A stretch of 38,200 bases of DNA from Escherichia phage sortregn. The number at the start of each line of letters is the position of its first letter. Positions within the stretch are counted from its first letter, which is position 1. The position numbers and the translations under genes were made by a program. The stretch is taken from sequence record MN850588.1. One strand, 5' to 3'. The notes beneath the pieces are model-generated. The model saw nothing but the letters and a program-made list of their open reading frames with translations, was not told the DNA's origin and did not search any database. Positions 7,797-15,130 of the stretch are shown here, in pieces.

Positions 7797-7894
7797 CTGA
7801 CTTACGCGGAAGTAAATACGTTATATGGGGCGTAATCGCAGCCAGCGCCGCGCTGTGGGCTTTAATCGGTTTTGGCGTGTCGATGGTACTCTAA
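7793..7894 (+). CDS. small membrane protein (33 aa)
   Basis: Below the ORF-track cutoff. ATGA overlap with the upstream stop. MTDLRGSKYVIWGVIAASAALWALIGFGVSMVL has one TM helix. Followed by a terminator. Confidence 0.5.
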   Translation: MTDLRGSKYVIWGVIAASAALWALIGFGVSMVL

Positions 7895-7902
7895 AAAAAA
7901 GG

Positions 7903-7930
7903 GCCGCTTAAAAAGCGGCTCCTTTCGTTT
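7903..7930 (+). terminator. rho-independent terminator ending the rightward early operon
   Basis: GCCGCTT-AAA-AAGCGGC stem-loop followed by TCCTTTCGTTT, and preceded by an A8 run. Confidence 0.7.
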
Positions 7931-7990
7931 AAACGCCAGAGATGATCTACAATGCCCCGGCAGTATAACCAAACAAGAGAGGACCCGACA

Positions 7991-8788
7991 ATGGGGAATT
8001 TTTGGACCTACCACGAGAACACCCAGCGCGGCGGGATCGAACTGGGCCGAGTAATCGACCCGGCGAAAGCCTCGCGCCCGGTGATCTACCTAGAATCAGA
8101 TCCGCCAGGTCTGGACGCGGCGAAGGTTTCCGCCTTCATGCCGTACTACGTTTACACTCCGATGTCCTTCACTCAGGACTTGCCGGGAGTGGCTGGTGGC
8201 GATGCCGCCGCGACCTTCGTCCCTGGGGGGAGCACGTTCTCCGCGACGGTCGAAGTCGCCGGAGGTCAAGCGCCGTTTACTTATCAGTGGTACAAGTTTA
8301 GCGGCGGAGTCGGAACGGCGATCACGCTGGCGCAGAACGCCACGGCCCAGTCGAAGGTATTCCAGATCACCAACTACACCGCAGCGGCTCAACCCGGATC
8401 CGGTAACGGTGATTGGTATGTTGTCGTAACCGACGCGACCGGGGCCACGCTCCAGTCTCAGCGCATCCGCACGAAACAGGCGATCGCCTACTCCGTCAAC
8501 CTACCGACGACCGACACCTGGACCGTCGGGACCGCCGACGCCTTAACCGTCACCGTGAACGCGGCTACGGGCCTTGCGCCGTATACTCATGAATGGTTTA
8601 AGGATGGCGTTTCTCAGGGGCCGGGGACGTCGAGCGGGACGGGGAACGCGACCTCCACGCTATCGAAGGCAAGCCCGGCAGCGGGCGACGCTGGCGTGTA
8701 TTATTGCATTTCCACCAGCGCCAACACGAACCCGCCGAAAACCATCCAGAGCATTTCTTGCACTGTAACCGTTAACCCGGCAGCATAA
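7991..8788 (+). CDS. Ig-like domain protein (two I-set-like repeats)
   Basis: Start ATG 7991 preferred (AGAGAGGA RBS; the 7952 ATG has no RBS). Ig-like repeats ..APFTYQWYKF..GDWYVVVTDATG.. and ..APYTHEWFKDG..DAGVYYCISTS..CTVTV. Confidence 0.75.
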   Translation: MGNFWTYHENTQRGGIELGRVIDPAKASRPVIYLESDPPGLDAAKVSAFMPYYVYTPMSFTQDLPGVAGGDAAATFVPGGSTFSATVEVAGGQAPFTYQWYKFSGGVGTAITLAQNATAQSKVFQITNYTAAAQPGSGNGDWYVVVTDATGATLQSQRIRTKQAIAYSVNLPTTDTWTVGTADALTVTVNAATGLAPYTHEWFKDGVSQGPGTSSGTGNATSTLSKASPAAGDAGVYYCISTSANTNPPKTIQSISCTVTVNPAA

Positions 8789-8798
8789 GGAGCCGACT

Positions 8799-9011
8799 AT
8801 GTTTTATCACTCGCAGGACCTACCGGAGCGCGGCGGCGTTCTACTGACGAAGATCGCGGATCCTGGTTCGGCCCAGGTACAAGCGCGGGATCTGGTCTGG
8901 CTGGATGCTGACCCGACGGGCGGATCGTGGGAGCCACTCCCGGCAGTGTTCGACAAGGTGGACGCCTCCGGGCTGGAGAATCACCTCTCCTACTTCATCC
9001 CATACGCATAA
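8799..9011 (+). CDS. short paralogue of the N-terminal domain of the upstream Ig protein
   Basis: 70 aa; AAGGAG RBS. FYHSQDLPERGGVLLTKIADP..LDADPTGG parallels FWTYHENTQRGGIELGRVIDP..LESDPPG. C-terminal SYFIPYA parallels FMPYYVY. Confidence 0.7.
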   Translation: MFYHSQDLPERGGVLLTKIADPGSAQVQARDLVWLDADPTGGSWEPLPAVFDKVDASGLENHLSYFIPYA

Positions 9012-9038
9012 AAAAGGGGGCCAATCGGCCCCCTGTTT
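9010..9038. terminator. bidirectional terminator between convergent Ig cassette and lysis genes
   Basis: A-run, GGGGGCC-AATC-GGCCCCC, then TGTTT. Lies between the stop at 9011 (+) and the stop at 9037 (-). Confidence 0.8.
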
Positions 9039-9558
9039 ACTGCTGACGCTCCACGGCGTCGTAATTCACTTCGCAGACCTCCCCGGCGGTGATCGCCTTC
9101 TCCGCTATATCAGCATACCGTCGAGCAGCTTCTCCAGTCCCTCGGAGCAAGTCGGAATACATTCGGGCGGTCTTTTCCCCTGACGCCCTTCCGAGGGCAG
9201 CGGTCTGATCAGCGGCTTCGCGTCTGGCGTTCTCTTTGGCGGCTCGTTCGAGCAACCGATCAAGGGCAGCACCAGCAGCAGCAGAAGCGGCGCGAGCTTT
9301 TGCGGCCTGTTCGTTCGCATATTTTACGGACTCCTCGCGGGCAATGGCCCGGCCTTGTTCAATGATACGGGCGGCGGCTTGTGCGTTCGCTTCCTGGGTG
9401 GATTCCTTCGCGATCCGAGCATTGTCGCGAGCGGTCCAGCCCCGGTCCGTCCAGGCCGAGCCAGCCCAGAAAGATCCCCCCAGCGCCAGCAGCACGACAA
9501 CGACGAGCAGCAGCGATCGCCAGTGAGTCGAAAGGAACACGCGGAGGGCGGCGATCAT
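9037..9558 (-). CDS. Rz: i-spanin (Rz-like)
   Basis: 173 aa. N-terminal TM (WRSLLLVVVVLLALGG), Ala/Glu/Arg-rich coiled-coil periplasmic part. ATGA overlap with the endolysin stop. Contains the embedded Rz1-like ORF. Confidence 0.85.
   Translation of the reverse strand: MIAALRVFLSTHWRSLLLVVVVLLALGGSFWAGSAWTDRGWTARDNARIAKESTQEANAQAAARIIEQGRAIAREESVKYANEQAAKARAASAAAGAALDRLLERAAKENARREAADQTAALGRASGEKTARMYSDLLRGTGEAARRYADIAEKAITAGEVCEVNYDAVERQQ
9105..9320 (-). CDS. Rz1: o-spanin (Rz1-like lipoprotein), embedded in the i-spanin gene
   Basis: 71 aa in the +1 frame inside Rz. Signal peptide with lipobox LPLIGC, then a Pro-rich mature part (EPPKRTPDAKPLIRPLP). Confidence 0.85.
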   Translation of the reverse strand: MRTNRPQKLAPLLLLLVLPLIGCSNEPPKRTPDAKPLIRPLPSEGRQGKRPPECIPTCSEGLEKLLDGMLI

Positions 9559-10034
9559 TCGTCTGCAACCTTACCGCCAGCGGCGCGGAAGTAGCCCAGG
9601 AAGTCCTCGAAAGTCTCCGTTCGCTGACCGTATGGGGAGCCAGGCAGGGAGGCCCAGATGGTCCGGCATTTCTTCACGGCGTCCTTGATCCGGCCCGCGT
9701 CGATGTCGTCCAGCGCTTTACGCTCGCTGATCTGCTGGAGGGCGATCTGGTCCTGTGATGCCGGAGAGAAGTCCGGGAGTCCAAGCTGTTTTTTGTACAC
9801 GTCATAATAGCGGCTTAACAACTGGTAGCGCCCGGCGGCGGTTGAATTGATCCCCAGCTTCGGCAGCTTTACGAGGCGGTTCGGATGCTTCGAGTAGTCG
9901 CTGAACAGGGAGCCGCCCACGATCACGTCGTAGCCGTGATTGCGCGTCTGCTGGCGTCCGTTGTCTGTTCCCTCGCCTACCGCGATCGCGTCCAGGAATG
10001 CCTTACGCTGGGGCGTGACTTCAAATTTTGCCAT
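9555..10034 (-). CDS. endolysin, lambda R-type lytic transglycosylase
   Basis: 159 aa, near-collinear with lambda R as recalled: QRKAFLDAIAVGEGTDNGRQQTRNHGYDVIVGG, AAGRYQLLSR, IWASLPG. Confidence 0.95.
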   Translation of the reverse strand: MAKFEVTPQRKAFLDAIAVGEGTDNGRQQTRNHGYDVIVGGSLFSDYSKHPNRLVKLPKLGINSTAAGRYQLLSRYYDVYKKQLGLPDFSPASQDQIALQQISERKALDDIDAGRIKDAVKKCRTIWASLPGSPYGQRTETFEDFLGYFRAAGGKVADE

Positions 10035-10374
10035 CGGTCTGATCCTCGTGGTTAGTGTGCGCCGGAGTAGCGCGGATTTTTTTCAGGAATGGGATCTTTT
10101 CGCTGGCCCAGTCGAGCGCCGTCTCTACGCCCACGTAGCCCAGGAACACCGAAGCCAGATAGCCCCAGGTGCCATGATCGACCCCGAAGAATGATAAAAT
10201 ATTATTCATACCGAAAGCGACAGCAGCGCAGATCGCCCCGCCGCTGACAATATCGCGGAACGGGTGGCGCAATTGCCAGTGACGGAACACAGCCACCGAT
10301 GCCGCGATGAACGAATAACCTAACTCAACGCGGTATAGCTGGAACAATTGCCATAGCGTCGTATGCTCAGACAT
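10021..10374 (-). CDS. class I holin (lambda S-like)
   Basis: ORF 10021-10440; start ATG 10374 (MSEHTT) preferred. Three hydrophobic helices. ASVFLGYVGVETALDW..KIPFLKK resembles lambda S [24 protein letters not shown]. Basic/acidic C-terminal tail. Confidence 0.8.
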   Translation of the reverse strand: MSEHTTLWQLFQLYRVELGYSFIAASVAVFRHWQLRHPFRDIVSGGAICAAVAFGMNNILSFFGVDHGTWGYLASVFLGYVGVETALDWASEKIPFLKKIRATPAHTNHEDQTDGKI

Positions 10375-10472
10375 TGGAGGGATCCCTTTTAACAAGTGAG
10401 TGAACGCTAAAAGGGTAGCATGTGGAATCAAGGGCCGCAAAGCCCCTTTTCAGATGAAAGGTTAAGTAATTG

Positions 10473-10784
10473 TTATTTGCCGGAAAGAAGGCGCAAGGCG
10501 TCCATAGGAGACTCCGCCCCGGCTAACTGTTTAGCGAAGCCCTCCGCCGCCTGGCGCAGCTTGTCCACGTCCTCGAAGCCGCGATCGCGAGCCGCTTCCG
10601 CTTCGGTGTAGGCCGCTTCCCCGTCCATCGCCTGATCGTCCGGGTGGAACACCAGGTTAAACGACAATTCCGCGCCCTGGATCTCAGTGACCAGGCAGAT
10701 CGCCGGATTGTCGTCCGAGTCCTCGCCTTTGCGGACCAGAACCTGGCGATCGTGTGCTTCAAATAAGTGTGCGAAACGTTCCAT
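10473..10784 (-). CDS. hypothetical protein
   Basis: ORF 10473-10889; ATG 10784 preferred (AAGAGGT RBS). 103 aa, acidic, no motif recognised. Confidence 0.6.
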   Translation of the reverse strand: MERFAHLFEAHDRQVLVRKGEDSDDNPAICLVTEIQGAELSFNLVFHPDDQAMDGEAAYTEAEAARDRGFEDVDKLRQAAEGFAKQLAGAESPMDALRLLSGK

Positions 10785-10789
10785 AATAT

Positions 10790-11026
10790 TTACCTCTTGC
10801 CTTTGACCTGGAGCCGCTGACGACGGCCCCGCGTTTTGTTGTTGTACTCCTCGTGGGACAGTAGATCCCACGTTTCCCCCTCGTCCCACGTCACGAGCCG
10901 CCAGCTATAGCCCACGTTGAACGCTAACACCTTGCCGAAACCCCGGAGGCGCTTCGGTGACAACTCCCGCGCATAGTACCGCGCCAGAATGTCGTCGGCC
11001 TTCCGCTGGACCTTCTCCGGGATCAT
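10790..11026 (-). CDS. small basic protein with tentative RelE/ParE-like pattern
   Basis: 78 aa. RLRGFGKVLAFNVGYSWRLVTWDEGETWDLLSHEEY resembles RelE KLRGMPDCYKIKLRSSGYRLVYQV (as recalled). ATGA overlap with the upstream gene. The functional call is weak. Confidence 0.55.
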   Translation of the reverse strand: MIPEKVQRKADDILARYYARELSPKRLRGFGKVLAFNVGYSWRLVTWDEGETWDLLSHEEYNNKTRGRRQRLQVKGKR

Positions 11027-11400
11027 CCCGCAGGACCGGACAGGACAGCCAGCGCGAGGCGGGCGTGTTTGATCCGGCCTTCCAGAAATTCCCGCATCTC
11101 CTCGATCGCAGCCTCAGCCGTGACCGCTTCGAACTCGTCGCGATGGTTCCCGCGAGGGCCTTCCGGCAGCGAATAACAAGCCGTGTAACGCGTGATGCTA
11201 CGGCAGACGATCGAGACTGGTCCGCATGTGAGAATGTACCCGAACCCGCCGCCCAGCTTCTCCTCGCGCTCGTATGTCTGAACGCGGATCGGCATGGACT
11301 GGACGCTGGACTGGTGGCGAATGAGCGAGGCCACGCGCTCCGCGTCCTGCTGTGCGTCGGAGGCAGTGGGCCAGCGTGTTACTACTGTTACTTTCGACAT
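11023..11400 (-). CDS. hypothetical protein
   Basis: 125 aa; AGGAG RBS; translationally coupled to the downstream 78-aa gene. Confidence 0.65.
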   Translation of the reverse strand: MSKVTVVTRWPTASDAQQDAERVASLIRHQSSVQSMPIRVQTYEREEKLGGGFGYILTCGPVSIVCRSITRYTACYSLPEGPRGNHRDEFEAVTAEAAIEEMREFLEGRIKHARLALAVLSGPAG

Positions 11401-11419
11401 CTTCGACTCCTGGGTGGAT

Positions 11420-11435
11420 GGCCCCCGAAGGGGCC
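11420..11435 (-). other. stable intergenic GC hairpin
   Basis: GGCCCC-CGAA-GGGGCC in the 41-nt gap between two leftward genes. No U-run, so possibly an RNA stability or processing element. Confidence 0.3.
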
Positions 11436-11441
11436 GGGTGA

Positions 11442-11693
11442 TTAATAATATTCGTCGGCGCGGATCTTGTTACGATGGATAATGCGACGTGCTTCGAGTT
11501 CGCCGCGTGTGGTGTACTCGTCCACGTACTCCTCGATCTCCGGCTCCTCGCCTGTGAGTTCCGGCGCTTTCCATGAGAGATAACGCTTAACTGTGCCAGT
11601 TTTAACGAACGCCGGGAGCAGGTTTTTAAAGTTACGTGACCAGTGACGCCCGCGCTCTTGATCGCCTTTTACCATGATTGTTAAGTTTGCCAT
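11442..11693 (-). CDS. hypothetical protein
   Basis: 83 aa; GGAGAG RBS; charged, no motif recognised. Confidence 0.65.
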   Translation of the reverse strand: MANLTIMVKGDQERGRHWSRNFKNLLPAFVKTGTVKRYLSWKAPELTGEEPEIEEYVDEYTTRGELEARRIIHRNKIRADEYY

Positions 11694-11766
11694 CGTTATC
11701 TCTCCGGTAGTGGGCGACCCATTGCCGCCCGGTGAAAGAACTATAACAACATTTGATAAATCGCTT

Positions 11767-12420
11767 TTAGCAATTCGTGCTATTCGGATAAAGATACTCG
11801 CTCAACCGGGCCACCAGCGGCTCGTCTGGACCGAACTCAAACAGCCCGCCGTCGTTCTTGATCGAGTGGTGGATCTCCGCCAGTAACGTCTCCGCCCGCT
11901 GGAGCCTGGACGCCGCCGCGTTATCATGCCCGATCAGCTTCGTGATCTCCTCCTCCAGATCAGCGCCGAGCGCCGACGTCGCCCAGTGTTCGGCATACTC
12001 GCGATCCTTCAACAACCGGATCAGGGCCAACACGTCCGACTCGATACCGACAGTCGGGCCAGGCTGGAGCCGTGGCTGGATCTCGTCGAGCGTCTGCTGG
12101 GTAGCGTTCAACGTCCGGCGGATCTTGTCCTGTTCGGCCTTGCTCAGGTCCAGGATCAGCGGCGAAGCCGGGAGGCCATTTAACCAGGCGATCAGGTCGT
12201 CGTAAGGCATGACGGAATAAGCCTTCTCCGACGCGTACCCGGTGATCCGCCAGTCAGTGGTCGAACTGTACGCCTCGGAAATATCATCCTCCCGCAATTC
12301 GCGATAGACGATCTCAGCGCGACCGTTGTCGATCTTGCTCAGGCTCTCGATCAGCGTCTCCGGGATGTGGATCACTTCTTCGCCATTCTTAACGGCGGTT
12401 ACTGCGACATATCTGATCAT
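11767..12420 (-). CDS. hypothetical protein
   Basis: ORF 11767-12447; ATG 12420 preferred (AGGAAAGAGAG RBS, ATGA overlap with the upstream stop). 217 aa. Confidence 0.65.
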   Translation of the reverse strand: MIRYVAVTAVKNGEEVIHIPETLIESLSKIDNGRAEIVYRELREDDISEAYSSTTDWRITGYASEKAYSVMPYDDLIAWLNGLPASPLILDLSKAEQDKIRRTLNATQQTLDEIQPRLQPGPTVGIESDVLALIRLLKDREYAEHWATSALGADLEEEITKLIGHDNAAASRLQRAETLLAEIHHSIKNDGGLFEFGPDEPLVARLSEYLYPNSTNC

Positions 12421-12851
12421 CTCTCTTTCCTCATGGCTTGTTTGCATTGTAAAGCGGCGAGGGCCATCTCCGGGCCAATCTCGACGCCTGGGGGGAACCC
12501 TGTTTCCGTGGTCGCCAGCTTCGAACGATCCACCTTAAGGTCCCGTAATTGTCCGGCCCGTTCCATTTGTCCGGCGTGTCGGCAGAGATCCAGCAGCTTC
12601 TTACGATCGACGCCGGGGCAGTCCCAGAACGCCGCGAATATTTGCTCCGATGGTCGCAGGGCGCAAAAAGCATTGCGCGTTTCAACCGTCGGCAGATAAG
12701 GATCCATTCTCCCCTGTTCTATCGCCTCAATGATCGAGGGATCGGTGGAGCGGATCTTCTCCAGAATCTCCAGGCGGCGCTCCATTGCCGTCTTGCGTTT
12801 AACCGTGGCCCGAAGTGGGGCGGCAGGTTTTGAATCATCAAACAGTGACAT
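12417..12851 (-). CDS. hypothetical protein, first gene of the leftward operon
   Basis: ORF 12417-12977; ATG 12851 preferred (GGAGGG RBS). The upstream ORF part overlaps promoter-like AT-rich DNA. 144 aa. Confidence 0.65.
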   Translation of the reverse strand: MSLFDDSKPAAPLRATVKRKTAMERRLEILEKIRSTDPSIIEAIEQGRMDPYLPTVETRNAFCALRPSEQIFAAFWDCPGVDRKKLLDLCRHAGQMERAGQLRDLKVDRSKLATTETGFPPGVEIGPEMALAALQCKQAMRKER

Positions 12852-12876
12852 ATTGCCCTCCGTTGTGTGGAAATCA

Positions 12877-12904
12877 ATATTACATAACGTTACCATGATG
12901 TAAA
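12877..12904 (-). promoter_or_regulatory. sigma70-like promoter candidate for the leftward operon
   Basis: On the minus strand: TTTACA (12904-12899), 16-nt spacer, TAATAT (12882-12877). The spacer contains GGTAAC (complement of 12889-12894). Confidence 0.5.
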
Positions 12905-12975
12905 GCCCAACCGTGATAATAATTGACTTTACAGTGGTAACAAGGGCGGGTAACATTGCGACCAGTAACGCAACC
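12889..12975. repeat. GGTAAC/GTTACC hexamer cluster (candidate operators or iterons)
   Basis: GTTACC 12889-12894, GGTAAC 12936-12941 and 12949-12954, aGTAAC 12964-12969. GTAACGCAACC (12965-12975) resembles GTTACCGCAACC at 14713-14724. Confidence 0.55.
12916..12943 (-). promoter_or_regulatory. second leftward promoter candidate
   Basis: On the minus strand: TTGTTA (12943-12938), 16-nt spacer, TATTAT (12921-12916). The -35 overlaps GGTAAC 12936-12941. Confidence 0.4.
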
Positions 12976-12991
12976 ATGAGGTGATTAAACA

Positions 12992-14656
12992 GTGATTGAC
13001 TACGACGACGACAACCAGCCAGATCGCAGCGAGCAGGAGATCAGGGAGATGATCCGCCCAGAGCCGACGCCTCTCGAACCCGTCCCGGACTGGATGGGCC
13101 AGACCCCGGAGCCGACGGACGAGGAGGTGGCCCGGCAGATGGCGATCGAGGCTGAACGCGAAGCGGCAGAGCTGGAGTATTACCGATTCAACGACGACAA
13201 CCCGGACGATCACGCCTACGAGGTCGCGGTGAAGGATAACGAGGTGACGCTGGTCAAGCGCTCCGAAATGACCGAGGAGGAGCGGGCGGAGGCTTACCTG
13301 GCGAAGCAGCGCGAGAAGGACCGCAAGGCGATCGCCGACCTGCTGGCAGACGAGCCGGACCCCCTGCTGGAGGAACTGAACAAGGGCAACGAGATCAAGC
13401 CCGTTAATTACGTGATCCAGAACCTGATCCCGGAGCGCTCCGTGGGCTTCCTGGTCGGCGAGTCCGGCGCTAAGAAAACCTTTGCGGCCCTCCATATGGC
13501 CCTGTGCGTGGCGCGTGGCGTTCACTTCGGCGGCTTGCCAGTACGACAGGGATCCGTGATGTACTTCGCGCCGGAGGATGCGAACGGCGTCCGTGAGCGT
13601 TACGCGGGCTGGAAGTACACTCAGAACAAGAACGAGAACTTGCCTAATTTTTGGGTACTGGGCCAACAGGTCCCACTCCACCGCGAGGATCTTCTCCGCA
13701 AGTTCGGCGCGAGGATCAAGGACTCCGCATTTTTCCAGGCGAACCCCCTCTCCCTGATCGTGATCGATACCTACAGCGCCAACTCCGCCGGGCAGAAGGT
13801 CGGACAGACGCCAGTCAAGAAGGACGGGAAGATCGCGGAATGGGTAGGCGGGCGCGACTTCGACGAGAACGACAATAACGTGGCGGCGATCCTCATGAAG
13901 AACGCGGCAGACCTGGCGGACATGCTGGAGTGTGCCGTGATGATCATCCACCACACCGGGAAGGACACGGAGCGCGGCGGGCGCGGCGCGTCGGCTCTCA
14001 AGGCTAACGCAGGTTTTGAGGTCCTCGTGAAGAAATGCGCGAAGGACCGGGAGCTTTTCATCATTGAGCACTCGAAGGCGAAAGGCTGTGCGCTGTTACC
14101 GCCGCGAGCCATGCGCACGAAGGCGGCGAAACTCCCGCCGGACCTGGTGAAGATGAAGCGCGACGCGCTGGCCCGCATGACCGGACTCGACAACGAGGCG
14201 AAGAACAACCCGGCAGCGTGGGAGATCGGCGACAACCTGGGGACGCTGGTCGTCGTGAACAAGGTCGAGCCAGTCCCGACCGATAAGGCCGAGGAGAAGG
14301 ACGCGGGCGAGGAGAAAGGTCGCACCAAGCAGGAGGAACACGCGCTCCAGCTTTTGGCCTACGTGGTCGAGTACAACCACGATCGCGCCAGCAAGAACTA
14401 CAGGACGCCGAAACTCACAAAGGCGGCGCTCCGTGAGTGGGCGAAGAACTTCGCGGACCCGTCGCTGGATAAGCATCAATTCGCCCGCGCGTTCAAGTAC
14501 GCCACCGAAAAAGCGATGGTGATCAAAATGGCCGGGGATCAGACGCTAACCGCATCAACGGAAGCGCCCGCACTCCTGGGAGGGATCCGCGAACAGCAGC
14601 CACGATCCACGGACTGGAAACCAACCTCCGGCGGAGGTGATCTTGATGACTTTTGA
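12992..14656 (+). CDS. RepA/AAA_25-like RecA-fold replicative ATPase (putative helicase/initiator)
   Basis: 554 aa; GTG start with GAGGTG RBS. Walker A GESGAKKT, Walker B-like LIVIDTY, MIIHHTGKD motif. Acidic N-terminal extension and helical C-terminal domain. Confidence 0.85.
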   Translation: MIDYDDDNQPDRSEQEIREMIRPEPTPLEPVPDWMGQTPEPTDEEVARQMAIEAEREAAELEYYRFNDDNPDDHAYEVAVKDNEVTLVKRSEMTEEERAEAYLAKQREKDRKAIADLLADEPDPLLEELNKGNEIKPVNYVIQNLIPERSVGFLVGESGAKKTFAALHMALCVARGVHFGGLPVRQGSVMYFAPEDANGVRERYAGWKYTQNKNENLPNFWVLGQQVPLHREDLLRKFGARIKDSAFFQANPLSLIVIDTYSANSAGQKVGQTPVKKDGKIAEWVGGRDFDENDNNVAAILMKNAADLADMLECAVMIIHHTGKDTERGGRGASALKANAGFEVLVKKCAKDRELFIIEHSKAKGCALLPPRAMRTKAAKLPPDLVKMKRDALARMTGLDNEAKNNPAAWEIGDNLGTLVVVNKVEPVPTDKAEEKDAGEEKGRTKQEEHALQLLAYVVEYNHDRASKNYRTPKLTKAALREWAKNFADPSLDKHQFARAFKYATEKAMVIKMAGDQTLTASTEAPALLGGIREQQPRSTDWKPTSGGGDLDDF

Positions 14657-14670
14657 CCGGGGCGTGTGTT

Positions 14671-14811
14671 GGTAACGAGTAACACCCCCCCTTATAGGGG
14701 GGGATGTAACGTGTTACCGCAACCCACAAGGCCGAAAACATAGTTTTTTATGTGTACTGTTACCGACAAGCGACCGTAATCAAATCAATCATTTATGTGT
14801 GATTCGGTAAC
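14671..14811. repeat. GGTAAC/GTTACC hexamer cluster downstream of the RepA-like gene
   Basis: GGTAAC 14671-14676, aGTAAC 14678-14683, tGTAAC 14705-14710, GTTACC 14713-14718 and 14759-14764, GGTAAC 14806-14811. Confidence 0.55.
14685..14703. other. C7-TTATA-G7 perfect hairpin/palindrome
   Basis: CCCCCCC (14685-14691) TTATA GGGGGGG (14697-14703), bracketed by GTAAC motifs. No U-run. Confidence 0.6.
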
Positions 14812-14824
14812 GGGGAAAGTAGCG

Positions 14825-14872
14825 AATCGGTCGCGGGGAAATCGGGGGGTAAAAATCGGGGGTGACCCCCGA
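14825..14872. repeat. AATCGG(G)n direct repeats ending in a near-palindrome
   Basis: AATCGG 14825-14830, AATCGGGGGG 14840-14849, AATCGGGGG 14854-14862. TCGGGGGTGACCCCCGA 14856-14872 is palindromic apart from the centre. Confidence 0.55.
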
Positions 14873-14911
14873 CAAAATCCCCGCCAAATAATCATTGATA
14901 AGTGATGCGAA

Positions 14912-15100
14912 ATGAGCGACGATAACAACGTTATTTTATTCCCCAGACGGACACCGATCGGAGAGGTTCAACCAGTACGATCGAACGTCTGGATCGAGCG
15001 CTTCGGAATGTGGAATTACTTCCTGATGGTAGCGACAACCATCGGCGCGATCGTGGTCGGACTGGCGGCGATCGTGTTTAACATGCTGGGCCTGATGTGA
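14912..15100 (+). CDS. small membrane protein
   Basis: 62 aa with a C-terminal TM helix (YFLMVATTIGAIVVGLAAIVFNMLGL). Weak RBS. Confidence 0.5.
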   Translation: MSDDNNVILFPRRTPIGEVQPVRSNVWIERFGMWNYFLMVATTIGAIVVGLAAIVFNMLGLM

Positions 15101-15130
15101 GGCCCGTCACGACGACGAGGAAACGAGGAG

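Noticed and set aside
7952-7990. Longest-ORF starts for several genes (7952, 22649, 24948, 10440, 12977, 6865, 1551, 36403, 36195)
   Set aside because: These upstream starts lack a Shine-Dalgarno sequence or run through terminators and promoter-like DNA. Internal ATGs with good RBSs or ATGA/GTGA coupling were preferred.
7991-8788. Ig-domain protein as the target of a diversity-generating retroelement
   Set aside because: There is no reverse transcriptase ORF anywhere in the window, and I saw no near-identical template repeat of the Ig-coding DNA.
12929-14071. 380-aa minus-strand ORF opposite the RepA-like gene
   Set aside because: Antisense shadow ORF with a Leu/Arg/His/Val-rich composition. 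The plus frame carries Walker A/B and RepA-type motifs.
14685-14703. C7-TTATA-G7 hairpin as the intrinsic terminator of the RepA-like gene
   Set aside because: No U-run follows on either strand, so it is kept only as a structural element of the non-coding region.
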